The position numbers were made by a program, and so were the translations under genes. Shown piece by piece: positions 14,086-26,894 of a stretch of 64,000 bases of DNA. Position 1 is the stretch's first letter. The number at the start of each line of letters is the position of its first letter. The notes beneath the pieces are model-generated. The model worked only from the letters and a program-made list of their open reading frames with translations, made no database searches and was not told the DNA's origin. The DNA lies in contig NC_043003.1 of assembly GCF_006345805.1 (NCBI RefSeq), positions 93,000,001 through 93,064,000 on the forward strand, in the 5' to 3' direction. Source of the DNA: Octopus sinensis (taxonomy: Eukaryota).

Positions 14086-14125
14086 TTATGTGTTTCAGTC
14101 AGATGGGAGTGGCTATGCTGGAGCA

Positions 14126-14188
<63 letters not shown>

Positions 14189-14384
14189 TATATGAGAAAT
14201 TAATTTTTTGTAACGAACACTTTCAAACTTCAGACACAGGTAGAATGTGTCATATAAAACATCTTTTACTCTTAGTGTTGTTGAGAAAAGTTTATATTTT
14301 CAAAGTTATTTCGTGTTAAAGTTGTCGTATTTCGGTAATTTCAACCAATCAAAGACGTGTATATAAATATATAAATATATTTTG

Positions 14385-15378
14385 TTTTGGGATTTGGTTT
14401 GCAAGATTCTTTATATGAGTTCGTGTGTTGAAGCATATTCTTTTGTGTCTGGGGAGAGTCATTTTCTTTTTGCGCCTTATAATTTAACACACTCACCGGT
14501 AAAATTTCCACTTATTCCTTATTTTTCCTAAAATTTTCGTTGCATCTTGCAACCTTTTCAATAGTCTTGACTCTGTCCGTTATTTACACTGTGTTCCTTT
14601 TTGTTTGTTTGTGCGCATGTGTGTGGTGGTCAGTGTGTGTGTAATGCCTATGCATGCATGTACGTATATGTGTATGTATGTATGCATGTGTGTGTATGTA
14701 TACATGTGTGTATGCATATGTATATATGTATCTATGTGTGTGCATCTGTATGTATGTATTCTGCATATTCATGTGCTTGCATGTCCGTATGTACCATGCT
14801 TGTATGTATGGATGTGCATATCTATATGTGTGGACCCGTGTCTCCATATGTGTCCTTGTGTGGAGTAAAATGTGTGTGTATATATGGTCCTGTGTTTCAG
14901 TCTTCATTTGCGTATGTGTGCTTGTCTGTTCATATAACCTATGTACCTATCCGTCTGTATGTTGATCTGTTTATTTTCATATCCACATTCTTACATACAT
15001 GTGCATACACACACTCACACCTACACACACACATACATCTATCTATCTACATAACAGCCCACTAACTATTCTACTCTACCTGTGTAAACTGTGGGTATGG
15101 AGGTATGATATCTACTATGTATATTTCCTATTTAGTATTGGGGAAGTTTCCTTTATAAGGACGTACTCCCGTTGAGTGTTGGGTCTTTTGGGTGCTTGGA
15201 TAAGATGCGGATGTCAAGTTGACCCAAGTTGCCTCCATGGTGGTCTTTGGCATGCCGGTAGAGTATGGAGGACTGTTTTTTGTCGTCATATTGTCTCAGA
15301 TGACTCTCCCCAGACACAACAGAATATGCCTCAAAACACGAACTCATATAAAGAATCTTGCAAACCAAATCCAAAAAC
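14385..15378 (-). mobile_element. Penelope-like element derivative with ~77-bp terminal inverted repeats, GIY-YIG-region remnant and hammerhead
   Basis: 14385-14461 is the reverse complement of 15301-15378. The minus-strand peptide [29 protein letters not shown] resembles the C-terminal part of PLE GIY-YIG endonucleases. Confidence 0.7.
14528..14564 (-). ncRNA. Minimal hammerhead-like motif, U3-A8 variant
   Basis: CTA-TTGAAAA-G-GTTGCA-AGA-TGCAAC-GAA-AATT-T-TAG. Stem I is CTA/TAG, stem II is a perfect 6 bp, and stem III is the palindrome AATT. Confidence 0.6.
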
Positions 15379-15379
15379 G

Positions 15380-15410
<31 letters not shown>

Positions 15411-15570
15411 ATATTATATATATATATATACATACATATATACATACACATATATACATATACATATATATACATATATATATATACATATATATACATA
15501 TACATATATACATATACATATATATATATATATACACATACATATATATATATATTATATATATATATAT

Positions 15571-15631
<61 letters not shown>

Positions 15632-15666
15632 CCATACATACATGCATACATACATACATACATACA

Positions 15667-15697
<31 letters not shown>
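15380..15697. repeat. Compound (TA)n/(TACA)n microsatellite
   Basis: Direct reading. Confidence 0.95.
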
Positions 15698-15698
<1 letters not shown>

Positions 15699-16424
15699 AA
15701 CAAAAAAGCAAATACATTTTTTAAAAAGAATTTTAACCTCTGTTTTATAATACTGTTTTATATAATCTGAAAATATTACAATATTTTTTTGTGAAACAGA
15801 TAATTGCCGACGCTATGCAAAAATTAACCTAAATTTTTCATAAAGATCTACTATAATAAATACACTTGTGTTTTTCTCAGTTACAACATATGAATGAGAA
15901 AGGAAGGGGTGATAGATGAATAAGGAAGGAAGAGGTGACGGCAAAGTGGTAGTGGGATGATGGAAATTCTACGGTGAAAAACATCAAACAGCGTTTCAAC
16001 TCTAAGTATATGTGTGTGTATGTAAAAGGGAGGTATGTGAATGTGCGTGTGTGTATTTGTGTGTGTGTGTGTGCAATGGTAGTGGGATGGTGAACATTCA
16101 ACGCTGAAAAGAAAAATCAAACAGCGTTTCAACTCTGTGTGAGTATATATGTGTATGAGTGTACGTGTACAAGTATGTGAATGTTTGCATGTAAGAACCA
16201 ACGCTCTTTCAGTAATTAACGATGATTGATGTCACATCTTAACAGACAACCACTAGGTAAGATTGACAAGTGTATTAATTTGATTTACCATCCCTATTCT
16301 GTTTTGTTACAAATAATTATTACAATCACACACACCTACACAAACATATACAATTTCATTAGAGAAAATAATTATTGCCTGAGTGTATCAAGAATATAAA
16401 ACGACTGCAATTGAAAAGTATATA

Positions 16425-16828
16425 ATACTTTATTACTCTAGGTCCAAGGCCTGAAATTTTTTGGAGAGAGGGCCAGTGGATTAGTACGCAACACGTACTT
16501 AATTTATCGACCCCGAATGGTAACGTCGACCTCAGCGAAATTTGAACTCAGAACGTAAAGACAGACGAAATAACACTAAGCATTTCGTCCGGCGTCCCAA
16601 CGTTTCTTATTTCTTTATTGCCCACGAGGGGCTAAACAAGGACAGACAAACGGATTAAGTCGATTAGATCGACCCTAGTGCGTAACTGATACTTAATTTA
16701 TCGACCCTAAAAGGATGAAAGACAAAGTCGACCTCGGCGGAGTTTGAACTCAGAACGTAACGGCAGACGCAATACGGCTACGCATTTTACCCGGCGTGCT
16801 AACGTTTCTGCCAGCTCCTCGCCGCCTT
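16425..16828 (-). mobile_element. Tandem SINE family B copies
   Basis: Two copies of ttatcgaccc...gtcgacctc..cg...tttgaactcagaacgtaa. Confidence 0.85.
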
Positions 16829-17603
16829 TTGAAAAGTATACTATAAACTAAACATCTTAATTTAACAGCTTGTTCGTGTTCTTAATTTATTTAAGAAATT
16901 TTTACCCAGTGTTCTTTCATCTCAAAATACAACCACTAGATAACATTGAGAAGTGTATTAATTTGATTTACCATCCATATTCTATCTGTTGTGTCACAAA
17001 TAATTATTATAATCACACACATATACATAAATATATACATATACAAGCTCATAGAAAATAGTTATTGCCTGAGTGTATCAAGAACTGCGGTTGAAACGTT
17101 ATGTCATAAATACACGATTAACAGTTCATGCAGGCGCCTAATTTATTTATATTAAGAAATTTATGTAATAAATTATAAATAGGGAGTTTTTGCAATATCA
17201 ACTCTTAAGTCTCGGACTGCTTTTTGTGGCTTTAAGTCGTATGAGTTTAGGTTGATTTCTGTAATGAAGAGCGCAATTGAAAAGAAACGTCGCTTCGAAA
17301 AAGTTGGTATTTACTTGCGAAGTCATGCCATAAACGAATGGAGAACGAATATATAGTTTGTATGCTTATTTGACAAAAAAACAACAACAACAAAAAAAAC
17401 GAACATACAACAATAAACATGTTCCTTTTCACTGAATATTGCAAGTTATAACAATTATTTTGTGTCTGTGCATGACAACGTTTAGCATTATTTTGTGTTT
17501 GCACGCACAGTGCACGCATACATACGCACACATTTTTTTTTTTTTTGTAGTTAACCTGTTAATATAAAAAAATATATTTTTAACATATAATTTGTTGGCG
17601 TTA

Positions 17604-18302
17604 TTAGTAATTATAAATCATTTGATTCCTCGGTTTCGACTGTCTCTTTTTATCGTGAAAATCATTCTTGTAGCTTTTTAAGTACTTACTCATACTTAAG
17701 GTCTTTTCTAAACTACTAGAAGCCCACTCGTGTTCCTGCAGGTATAATTTATTGTGTTTTGTGAACTGTTTGTGATTATCTGATGTTTCATAATCGACAG
17801 TTCTGAACTGCATATTATGACTGAATTTATTTCGTCTCAATTTGCACTGTGCGCTTGCAACAAGGCAATCAAATCCAATAGTTAACAAAGTTTGAGACGT
17901 GGGAACAATAGCTAACTCTAAAATAGCGTTTCCTTCAAGAATAGATTCATTATTAGGAGTATATCCAAGCATTTTAAAAATTTCACGATTGCATGGCATC
18001 AAGTTATCTATCATAGTACTGTAAAATCCATTATAAGTTTTTAAAGTCCGATATTCATATTTCCAAGGGAATCGATAAAGAAGACGTGTGTATAATTCCA
18101 TGTTGTCAAAAGCAGTCGCTGCATTTTCGCACTCTATTCCTCTTAGATGCGCTAATAGTTTACCGAAAATAGAATGTCTAAACAATGTATCGCTGTTTGA
18201 AAGTGAGATATGTGCAGAAATTACTTTCTTAAAATGAACCCATGCACTGGGTGGCAAATCCTCATCACACATATTTTCGTAACTCTCAAACTCGGCATCC
18301 AT
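17604..18302 (-). CDS. SPATA2/tamozhennic-like protein with PUB-like domain (232 aa, single exon)
   Basis: Uninterrupted, non-repetitive ORF. AFDNMELYTRLLYRFPWKYEYRTLKTYNGFY...IFKMLGY...GFDCLVASAQC matches the SPATA2-family PUB pattern (AF..LE.Y..NL...PWRKEFR.IKTY.G.F...MGY...FELF.A..EC). Possible AATAAA on the minus strand at 17142-17147. Confidence 0.8.
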   Translation of the reverse strand: MDAEFESYENMCDEDLPPSAWVHFKKVISAHISLSNSDTLFRHSIFGKLLAHLRGIECENAATAFDNMELYTRLLYRFPWKYEYRTLKTYNGFYSTMIDNLMPCNREIFKMLGYTPNNESILEGNAILELAIVPTSQTLLTIGFDCLVASAQCKLRRNKFSHNMQFRTVDYETSDNHKQFTKHNKLYLQEHEWASSSLEKTLSMSKYLKSYKNDFHDKKRQSKPRNQMIYNY

Positions 18303-18758
18303 ATTTTAATTAAATCCACAATGATATGATAGAAAATAGTAAAATATTTACTAATGCAGCCAGCTTCTTTAAAGCTCACTTGCAAACTTATCGATATGAA
18401 AATAATTCTATACGGACGGAAACAAACAAAGTGCTTGTGTGTGTATGTGTGAGAGAGAGAGAGAGGGGGGAAGAGAAAGAGAGAGATGGGAGGAGAAAGA
18501 GAGAGAGAGTAGGTCAAAGTGGGGCGTTGTAACACGTAAACAACTTCTACAAGCAAATTCAAAAACAACAAAAGCACAAGGACGTTCACAGTGAATGTAA
18601 CTAGTTTGACTCGAAAAAGCGGGAAAATTAAATGTAAAGATGTTTGGAGCATAACCCTTCGTTGGATGTATTGAAGAAAGTCCAAAGGGGAGGGGCATGC
18701 ATGCATACATTCATTCATTCATACATACATACATACATACATACATACATACATACAT

Positions 18759-18804
<46 letters not shown>

Positions 18805-19194
18805 TATAGAAAGTTTTTTTGGCCCGTAAAAATCCGATTTTGCATATTGTTTTGGTAGAATTCTAGGAGGTTTCAGCTTAAATTGTCGTGGCTATGATGC
18901 CAGTTCATATGTGAAATATGAATTTGTGGTGTAAACGTGTTGGAGCTAAACAGTGTATTGTTCCGTTGATGGTAGAATACAAAGCAAAAAGAAAAAATGT
19001 GATCGATCCAACGGGACGCCCTTTTTAAGATTCGTCTTCGGATAAGTTACAATTAATCTATGATCAGTCATTCAGTTAATTACTGCTTTTCACAATACAG
19101 AAACATTGCTCATGATCCCATTAGACAAAATGGAAAAGCCGTTGCTCCGGAGGATAGCGAGGGAGATGCGCTGGAACAGATACTCTCACTCGAC

Positions 19195-19585
19195 GGGCAA
19201 GCTGGTAGAAATGCGTAGCCGTATTTCGTCTGCCGCTACGTTCTGAGTTCAAATCCGCCGAGGTCGACTTTGCCTTTCATCCTTTCGGGGTCGATAAATT
19301 AAGTACCAGTTAAGCACTGGGGTCGATATAATCGACTTAATACCTATGTCTGTCGATGTTTGTCCCCTCTGTGTTTAGCCCCTTGGGGGTAGTAAAGAAA
19401 TACGTATTTCGTCTGCCGCTACGTTCTGAGTTCAAATCCGCCGAGGTCGACTTTGCCTTTCATCCTTTCGGGGTCGATTAAATAAGTACCAGTTACGCAC
19501 TGGGGTCGATGTAATCTACTTAATCGGTTTGTCTGTCCTTGTTTGTCCCGTCTGTGTTTAGCCCCTTGTGGGTAGTAAAGAAATA
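19195..19585 (+). mobile_element. SINE family B with tandemly duplicated body
   Basis: Two ~180-bp units of gtatttcgtctgccgctacgttctgagttcaaat...gtagtaaagaaata. Confidence 0.9.
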
Positions 19586-21514
19586 GGTACTACTTAAGAA
19601 GAGTGGTCCCGGCGCGCGCACTCGTGCATCAGCGCTAGCTAGTCGTGACTAGTCGATCTTACAACGACTACCTAGCAAAGTAAATAAAACACAAAATAAG
19701 TAATTTGGCAATCTTTCGTCTCTAGTAGACCTTTCCGTCGATTTCCGTAAAAAACTTCTTTTTTTTTTACATATGGGCTTGCGGGAACTTTTGAAGTAAT
19801 GAGAGCGAAAGAGACTAAGAGAAAGCGATTGTATGACGAGGGAAGTTCTTTTGAAGTTACCGTGCATGGGAGCATTGATGTACATGTGTGTGGTGTGTGT
19901 GTGTGTATGTGTGTGTGTGTTTGATGGGGTGTGGGAGACAGAAAGTATGTTGTGTAAGTGAAGTGCTTCTGTTAGTGTGTGTGAAGAGACAGAGAGAGTA
20001 ATGTGTGAAAGAGAGAGATAACTGAAATTTTTTACTCGGTGTGTGTGTATATGTATGTATGCATGTATGTGTGTGTGTGTATGTATCTATGTATGTGTGT
20101 GTATGTATGTGTGTGTGTATGTATGTGCGTATGTGTGTGTATGTATGGCCGATTCAATGTTTACATTATTTCGAGTTAAAACGAAAGATTACCTTTGCCT
20201 GTTTATGTAACGGTCTGCTATGTAGAAAATAATGAGGTTGACTCAATGGAATAATGACAGTGATCGAAGATATAGACAAAATTTTTTTTATTTAATCGTT
20301 ATACATGTCTTGTCGACTGCTACTGTGCAGCCTCAATGTCTCTGTTGATGTGACGATGGTGAAATAGTAAGAAAAAGACGGGAGAGTTATAAAATGAGGA
20401 GGAGATATTCTTCTCGTGAGAAAAGAGTTGCATGCAAAGGAAAAGGCTTTGAGCAAAAGGCTTCGTTTCACGTTACTACGATCGACACAGTTTTAAATGG
20501 GCAACCCTACCCGTCTAGCCTCAGGGTGGCATCACTCAGAAGCTACAACAATGCGAGGAAGCGCATTGTGACCAGCGATATGTAGCAACATCCGACAGTC
20601 TAGTCGGCACAGTGATTTGTGTTGTTTTGAGACGAAGGGACAGTTCCGAAATGCCAAATTCCTCTTCTCCCCACGGCACACGAACTCATCCAAATTTAAG
20701 AATCAACATGGCTTTGCTAAGTCAATTGATGTGTTTTCCGTTTGACTTAAAACTTTTGCTACATATCGCTGGTCACACACACACATACATGCATACATAC
20801 ATATACACACACACCGAGTAAAAAATTTCAGTTATCTCTCTCTTTCACACATTACTCTCTCTGTCTCTTCACACACACTAACAGAAGCACTTCACTTACA
20901 CAACATACTTTCTGTCTCCCACACCCCATCAAACACACACACACATACACACACACACAACACACACACACACACATGTACATCAATGCTCCCATGCACG
21001 GTAACTTCAAAAGAACTTCCCTCGTCATACAATCGCTTTCTCTTAGTCTCTTTCGCTCTCATTACTTCAAAAGTTCCCGCAAGCCCTTATGTAAAAAAAA
21101 AAGTGGCGAAGTTTCGTATTTCGTAGATCAGATTTCCGTCGATTTCCGTAAAAATTTTTTATTTTTTTACATAAGTAATGAGAGCGAAAGAGACTAAGAG
21201 GAAGCGATTTTACGACGAGAAGGTTTCACTTTGAAGTCGGCCTGTGTGCGTTTGATGGGGTGTGGGAGACAGACAGTATGTTGTGTAAGTGAAGTGCTTC
21301 TGTTAGTGTGTGCGAAGAGACAGAGAGAGTAATGTGTGAAAGAGAGAGATAACTGATTTTTTACTCGGTGTGTGTATATGTATGTATGCATGTATGTGTG
21401 TGTGTGTGTGTATGTATCTATGTATGTGTGTGTGTAAGTATGTTACATAAACAGGCGCCGCAAGGTAATTTCGTTTTAATTCGAAATAATGTAAACACTG
21501 AATCGGCCATACAT

Positions 21515-21546
<32 letters not shown>

Positions 21547-22197
21547 GTACTTACACACACCACAACATACATGCAGACATACATATTCATACACCGAGTA
21601 AAAAATTACGATGAATCGGCCATACATACATACATACATACATAAACACACACACATACATAGATACATACACACACACACACATACATGCATACATACA
21701 TATACACATACACCGAGTAAAAAAATCAGTTTCTCTCTCTTTCACACATTACTCTCTCTGTCTCTTCGCACACACTAACAGAAGCACTTCACTTACACAA
21801 CATACTGTCTGTCTCCCACACCCCATCAAACGCACACAGGCCGACTTCAAAGTGAAACCTTCTCGTCGTAAAATCGCTTCCTCTTAGTCTCTTTCGCTCT
21901 CATTACTTATGTAAAAAAATAAAAGTTTTTTACGGAAATCGACGGAAATCTGTGCTACTACAACCGAAACTATGCCAAAAAAGTTTTTTACGGAAATCGA
22001 CGAAAGATCGCCTAAGGCGATCCTTCGGTATAAGTACCGTAAGTACCGGAAGTGGCTTTGTTTACATTTCTGAAGATAACAGAAACCCTTTTCTCCCACC
22101 CCTAACCCCCTCCATATATATAAAAAAAAGACTCTTGAAATATATCCGGTACTTCCAGTACTTATACCGAAGTTACGCCCTCTTCTTTAGTAGTACC
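19586..22197. mobile_element. Foldback-type composite Mutator-like element with nested inverted arms
   Basis: Termini GGTACTACTTAAGAAGAG and CTCTTCTTTAGTAGTACC match the TIR type of 10988-11189. Arms ~19766-20080/20780-21100 and ~21130-21430/21650-21950 are inverted pairs. No TSD was found. Confidence 0.7.
20567..20776. mobile_element. Small MITE-like inverted repeat element
   Basis: TGTGACCAGCGATATGTAGCAA / TTGCTACATATCGCTGGTCACA terminal inverted repeat. Confidence 0.6.
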
Positions 22198-23139
22198 TTA
22201 CTTGACGGGGCTCGCACTTGCGAACAGCAATCTCTGTCCCGATAGCGGTGAGCAGGGATATGGTCCGGGGCCCAAGAACGCCGGAGGTCTCAACCATAAA
22301 CCTATCGGAGAGCGGCCGATACATTAGCAGTTTTTTTTTTTTTTTTGCCTGACGACGACCAGTGCAACCTGAACTTGTAGCTGACAGTTACAATATTCAG
22401 GCGGGCTCGAATCGCGTCGCGTGTACAATTCTGCAATATTCATGAGTTAATATTTAACTTTTGCCGGATGAAGCACATTTTTTTTTTCGTTCATCCTTTC
22501 CTCAACAGTAAAGTACGCCCCCTCATTCCTATACACACTCACACAAACCACGCGCTCGCGCACAAGCTCGCTCTTTGAACAGATACGCTTCGGATGGCGT
22601 AGATTCCGATTATATAAAAATTCCTCGTGAAAACTTTTGTTTTTTTTACCGTGAGTGGAGAGAGGAGTTTCGGAATATTTACACAAGTCAGCTTTGTTTT
22701 CTTATAACTTTCAGTAAAATGGGTATTTTTAAAGTGAAATTTTTTACGAATACCTTTCAGAGTGTGTAGATTACACACATATATCATATGCGTACATACA
22801 TGTATGTGTACACACACACACACACATCTTAAAAAGGTTTTAGTTGAAAAAATTAATCCAAAGACTTATTCTTTATAAGCGTAGTATTTATCCTATCAGT
22901 CTCTTTTGCCGAACCTCTAAGTTAGAGAGATGTAAGCTCACAAACATCGTTAGTTAAGCGATGGTGGGGGGACAAACACAGAAAACAAAGAAACACACAC
23001 ACATCCTTTCCTGAGCGACCAATAACACCATACTTGTTCCACGTCCTCGCGTTGTGTTTTCTCTTTGTGTTTTCATGTTTGGATTAACTTTATATATATG
23101 CTTATGCGTAGCTTTTCCTTCTTTGGTCACTAAACTTTG

Positions 23140-23688
23140 CTTACGAAGACCTGTTGAAGCAAGTGAAATCAAATCAAAATCAAAATCACTTCGATGACTG
23201 GGATCTGTGCTAGCGGGGTGCAAAGAGCACCATAGGAGTATGATCGTTGACAGAGCGGCTTTTCGAGTATGACCGTTACCAGCGTCGCCTTACTGGCACT
23301 TATGCCTGTGCTAGTAGGGTGCCAAGAGCACCATCCGAGCGTGATCATTGCCAGAGCAGCCAACTGGCTTCCGTACCCGTGGCACGTAAAAGGGCACCAT
23401 TCGAGCGTGATCGTTACCAACGTCGCTTCACTGGCACCTGTGCCGGTGGGCACGTGTAAAACGATTCGAGCGAGGTCATTGCCAGTACCGCCTAACTGGC
23501 CCCCGTGCAGGTGGCACGTAAAAATCACCCACTACACTCTCGGAGTGGTTGGCGTTAGGATAGGCATCCAGCTGTAGAAACTGCCAGTTCAAGACTGGGG
23601 CCTGGTGCAGCCATCTGGCAGCCAGCCCTCAGTCAAAACCGTCCGACCCATGCTAGCATGGAAAACGGACATTAAATGATGATGATGA

Positions 23689-23690
<2 letters not shown>
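23140..23690 (+). mobile_element. SINE-like element with internal tandem repeats and (GAT)n tail
   Basis: Repeated gagc..cca.t.cgagcgtgatcgtt.cca units. It ends cccatgctagcatggaaaacggacattaaatgatgatgatg. Confidence 0.7.
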
Positions 23691-23762
<72 letters not shown>

Positions 23763-24126
23763 GTGTGTGTGGTGTGTGTGTATAAATAAGACGGGCTTCT
23801 TTCAGTTCCCGCCTACCAAATCCACTTACTAGGCTTCTTATCACATAGCCACGTCTTATATGTCTATAATACAATAATTTCAAATATATGAATGGATCAA
23901 ACTCTCTCTTGCTTTCACTTCCCTCTATCATAGCTGTCTGTTGCCACACTTTCGCTAAATAAAACGTAAAACTCGATTTGGCTCGAATTATGTCGATTTG
24001 TACTGGTTTCATTTAAACTAAAGTTCGCCTATCTACTTTCTATGTCGTATAGAGTAAGGTTTTTATAAAAAAGCAAAAGTATGATAGCAATGGAATTTTG
24101 GGGTGAAATTTGAAACAAAAATACAG

Positions 24127-24775
24127 GCGCAGGAGTGGCTGTGTGGTAAGTAGCTTGCTTACCAACCACATGGATCCGGGTTCAGTCCCACTGCGTGGCA
24201 TCTTGGGCAAGTGTTTTCTACTATAGCCTCGGACCGACCAAAGCCGTGTGAGTGGATTTGGTAGACGGAAACTGAAAGAAGCCCGTCGTATTCAAAATGT
24301 GACCGCGTGTGTACCGTTGGCGATTTTTTTTCCTCTGTCTTCCCTTCTTTGGATCTTTCCTTCTCCTATGCTTCCGACGAAGAGCTCCGCTCGAAACGTT
24401 AAACCCTCCTTCTTTCCTTCTTTCCTAAGCGTCCAATAATACTATATTTGTTCCACGTCCTCGCGTTGTGTTTTTTTTGTGCTTTCATGTTTGGATTAAC
24501 TTTATATATATATATATATATATATACATACATACACTCACACGCACACATAAATATGTGCGTGTGTGTATGTTTGTGTGTCTGTCTTTGTTCCTCTAGC
24601 ATTTCTTGACAACCGATGCTGGTGTGTTTACGTTCCCGGCACTTAGCGGTTCGGTAAAAGACATCGATAGAATAAGTACTGGGCTTACAAAGAATAAATC
24701 CCGGAGTCGATTTGCTCGACTAAAGGTGGTGCTCCAGCATGGCTGCAGTCAAATGACTGAAACAAGTAAAAGAGT
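24127..24775 (+). mobile_element. SINE family A (CORE-like TCTTGGGCAAGT), interrupted by a hammerhead-bearing element at ~24290-24505
   Basis: tRNA-like head ggcgcaggagtggctgtgtggtaag...gggttcagtccc. The 3' half resumes after the TA tract. Confidence 0.88.
24370..24404 (+). ncRNA. Minimal hammerhead-like motif (U4C variant)
   Basis: GCTT-CCGACGA-A-GAGC-TCC-GCTC-GAAACGTT-AAAC. Confidence 0.55.
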
Positions 24776-25927
24776 ATAGAAAATATGATTCTTTTCCTTC
24801 TTTTGTATTTGATCTATTTCAGTCATTGAACTGCCATCATGCAGATGGGTTTTAGCCGAACGAATTGACCCCAGTATTTTTCTTTTTTCTGTTTCCCCAT
24901 TTTTTTTTCATAAAACCTGGTACTTATTCTATCAGTCCTTTTACCGAGCCGCTATGTTATGGACACGTAAACAAGCCAACACTGTTGCTAAGCGGTGGTG
25001 ATGGTGGGGAGGGGAGGCAAACACAAAGCCATACGAACATAGCGACAGCGCATGGCTTAGTGGTTAGGGCGTTGCATTCATGATCGTAAAATTGTGGTTT
25101 CGATTCCTGGACCGGACGATGCGTTGTGTTCTTGAGCAAAACACTTCATTTCACGTTGCTCCAGTTCACTAAGCAGCCATACATGGGTAATACTGCGAAG
25201 GACCGGATTCCTGTTCAGGGACTTGGAATGACTACGCTGAAGAATCAAGAAAAGCGGCTTTATGAGTCTATAGTTCGAGAAGGACCTTTGATCTATTTTT
25301 TTTACTATGTGTGTGTGTTTCAAAAATTGTGGGGGAAATTTTTTCCGAGGTGATGTAAAAGAAATTCATAAATTTTGAAGAAAAAGAAATTCATAAATTA
25401 TTACTATTATTTTTATATATTTTTTTTTTGCTTGAGTGTAATGGAAATAAGTTAGATAAAAGAAAAGTTTTAGATTCATTTATTTTTCGTTTGAGTAATA
25501 GAAAAAGGTTTATAAAACGATCCCATGTATTATGGTGAGAGAAACAAATTCACAAATACAGTGTTGAATATGGTTTCACTATAGAAAAAAAAAGTTAAGG
25601 GCGATTTAGCTGTTGATTTTAGCACATCTCCACCGTTGGGATCATTTCCAAAACCTTTTTCAAACTTTTTTCCCTTACACTCAAGCAAAAAAATAATTTA
25701 TGAATTTCTCTCTCTTCGAAAGTCCTCTCCCCACTCTCTCGGGAAAAAATTCCTTACAAATTTCTTTATAATCATAATCTTTGCCGTTTGAAAGGGATTT
25801 ATATAAAATTTCATCGAAAGATATCCATTTTCCTAAAAGATATGAGGGAAAAAATCGGATCTTGTGAATTTTCCGAAAGTCCTCTCCCATCCCGATTCGA
25901 TGGCGCAAATTTTTGCTTTCATATTCA

Positions 25928-26147
25928 CCCTTTTGATACCAACCCGGCTGAAACCGGCTCTGGCTCTGAGTACAAATGTCTTATTTTCATAAGTTCTGAA
26001 TTAAAATCTTCCACCAAACTTTAGTCACAATTTATGTTCCTAACACCAGCTGAAAGATAACTAAGTTATTTTACTAAATTCATTGTTATATTCAAAGTAA
26101 TTGAAAGAAACACAGAGCATCTCAAAATAAATACAGTAACGAAAGGG
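25928..26147. mobile_element. piggyBac-like MITE
   Basis: CCCTTTTGATAC...GTAACGAAAGGG termini with degenerate TTAA-like flanks (ttca/ttac). Confidence 0.6.
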
Positions 26148-26894
26148 TTACATATTTTTCTCTCTTTTTTTTTTTTTTTGTGACCGGGAGTTAAATCAAA
26201 CATTAACCCCAATCCCTAATCGTTAGCTAGAACGAAATTTTTTTTTGTGTAACTCAATCTCCAATTTTTTATTGTTTTATGTTAACTGGAGTGTTGCAGG
26301 GTATTTTTCTTATTGGGGTATCTTTTACCTACACAAAAAGTGAGAATAAACCAAAAGATATGTAATGAAGTGTGCTTTGAGGAAAGAAATCAAAAGTTGA
26401 AATCGTTCAGTGAATGAATACTGAATACAGTAACCTGTGTTATCAGGAGATCGAATTTGAAAATCAGATATCATTCAAACAGTTTAATAAGCGATCGAAT
26501 GAACTGATTTCTAGTATATCTATTCATTTACTGTCGTTCTAAGAATTAGACGTTTCAAAATGTTGCCAAATCTGGAAAAACTAATCCCCTGACAAAGAAT
26601 ATTTGGAAGTCAATTAAAGGGAAATAAATCGAGTACATTCTAATAAGAAGAATAGAAAAGGAATATTCTGTATATTAGTATTATCTTTGGTTTGCTTTGG
26701 GAAGAGAATCTGAAGAAAAATTGAATGTATGAATTAGGTAGTATATTTAATAAGGAAAATTACGGTTATAATTAAAAGTAGCAGACATTAAGAGTAGCAA
26801 AGAAAAATTACAGAATACTAAAAGAGAAGAAAAAACGCGTAGTTGGCCAAGAATAAGTAGGAAAACATACACTAATAAGAATAATCTATTAACC

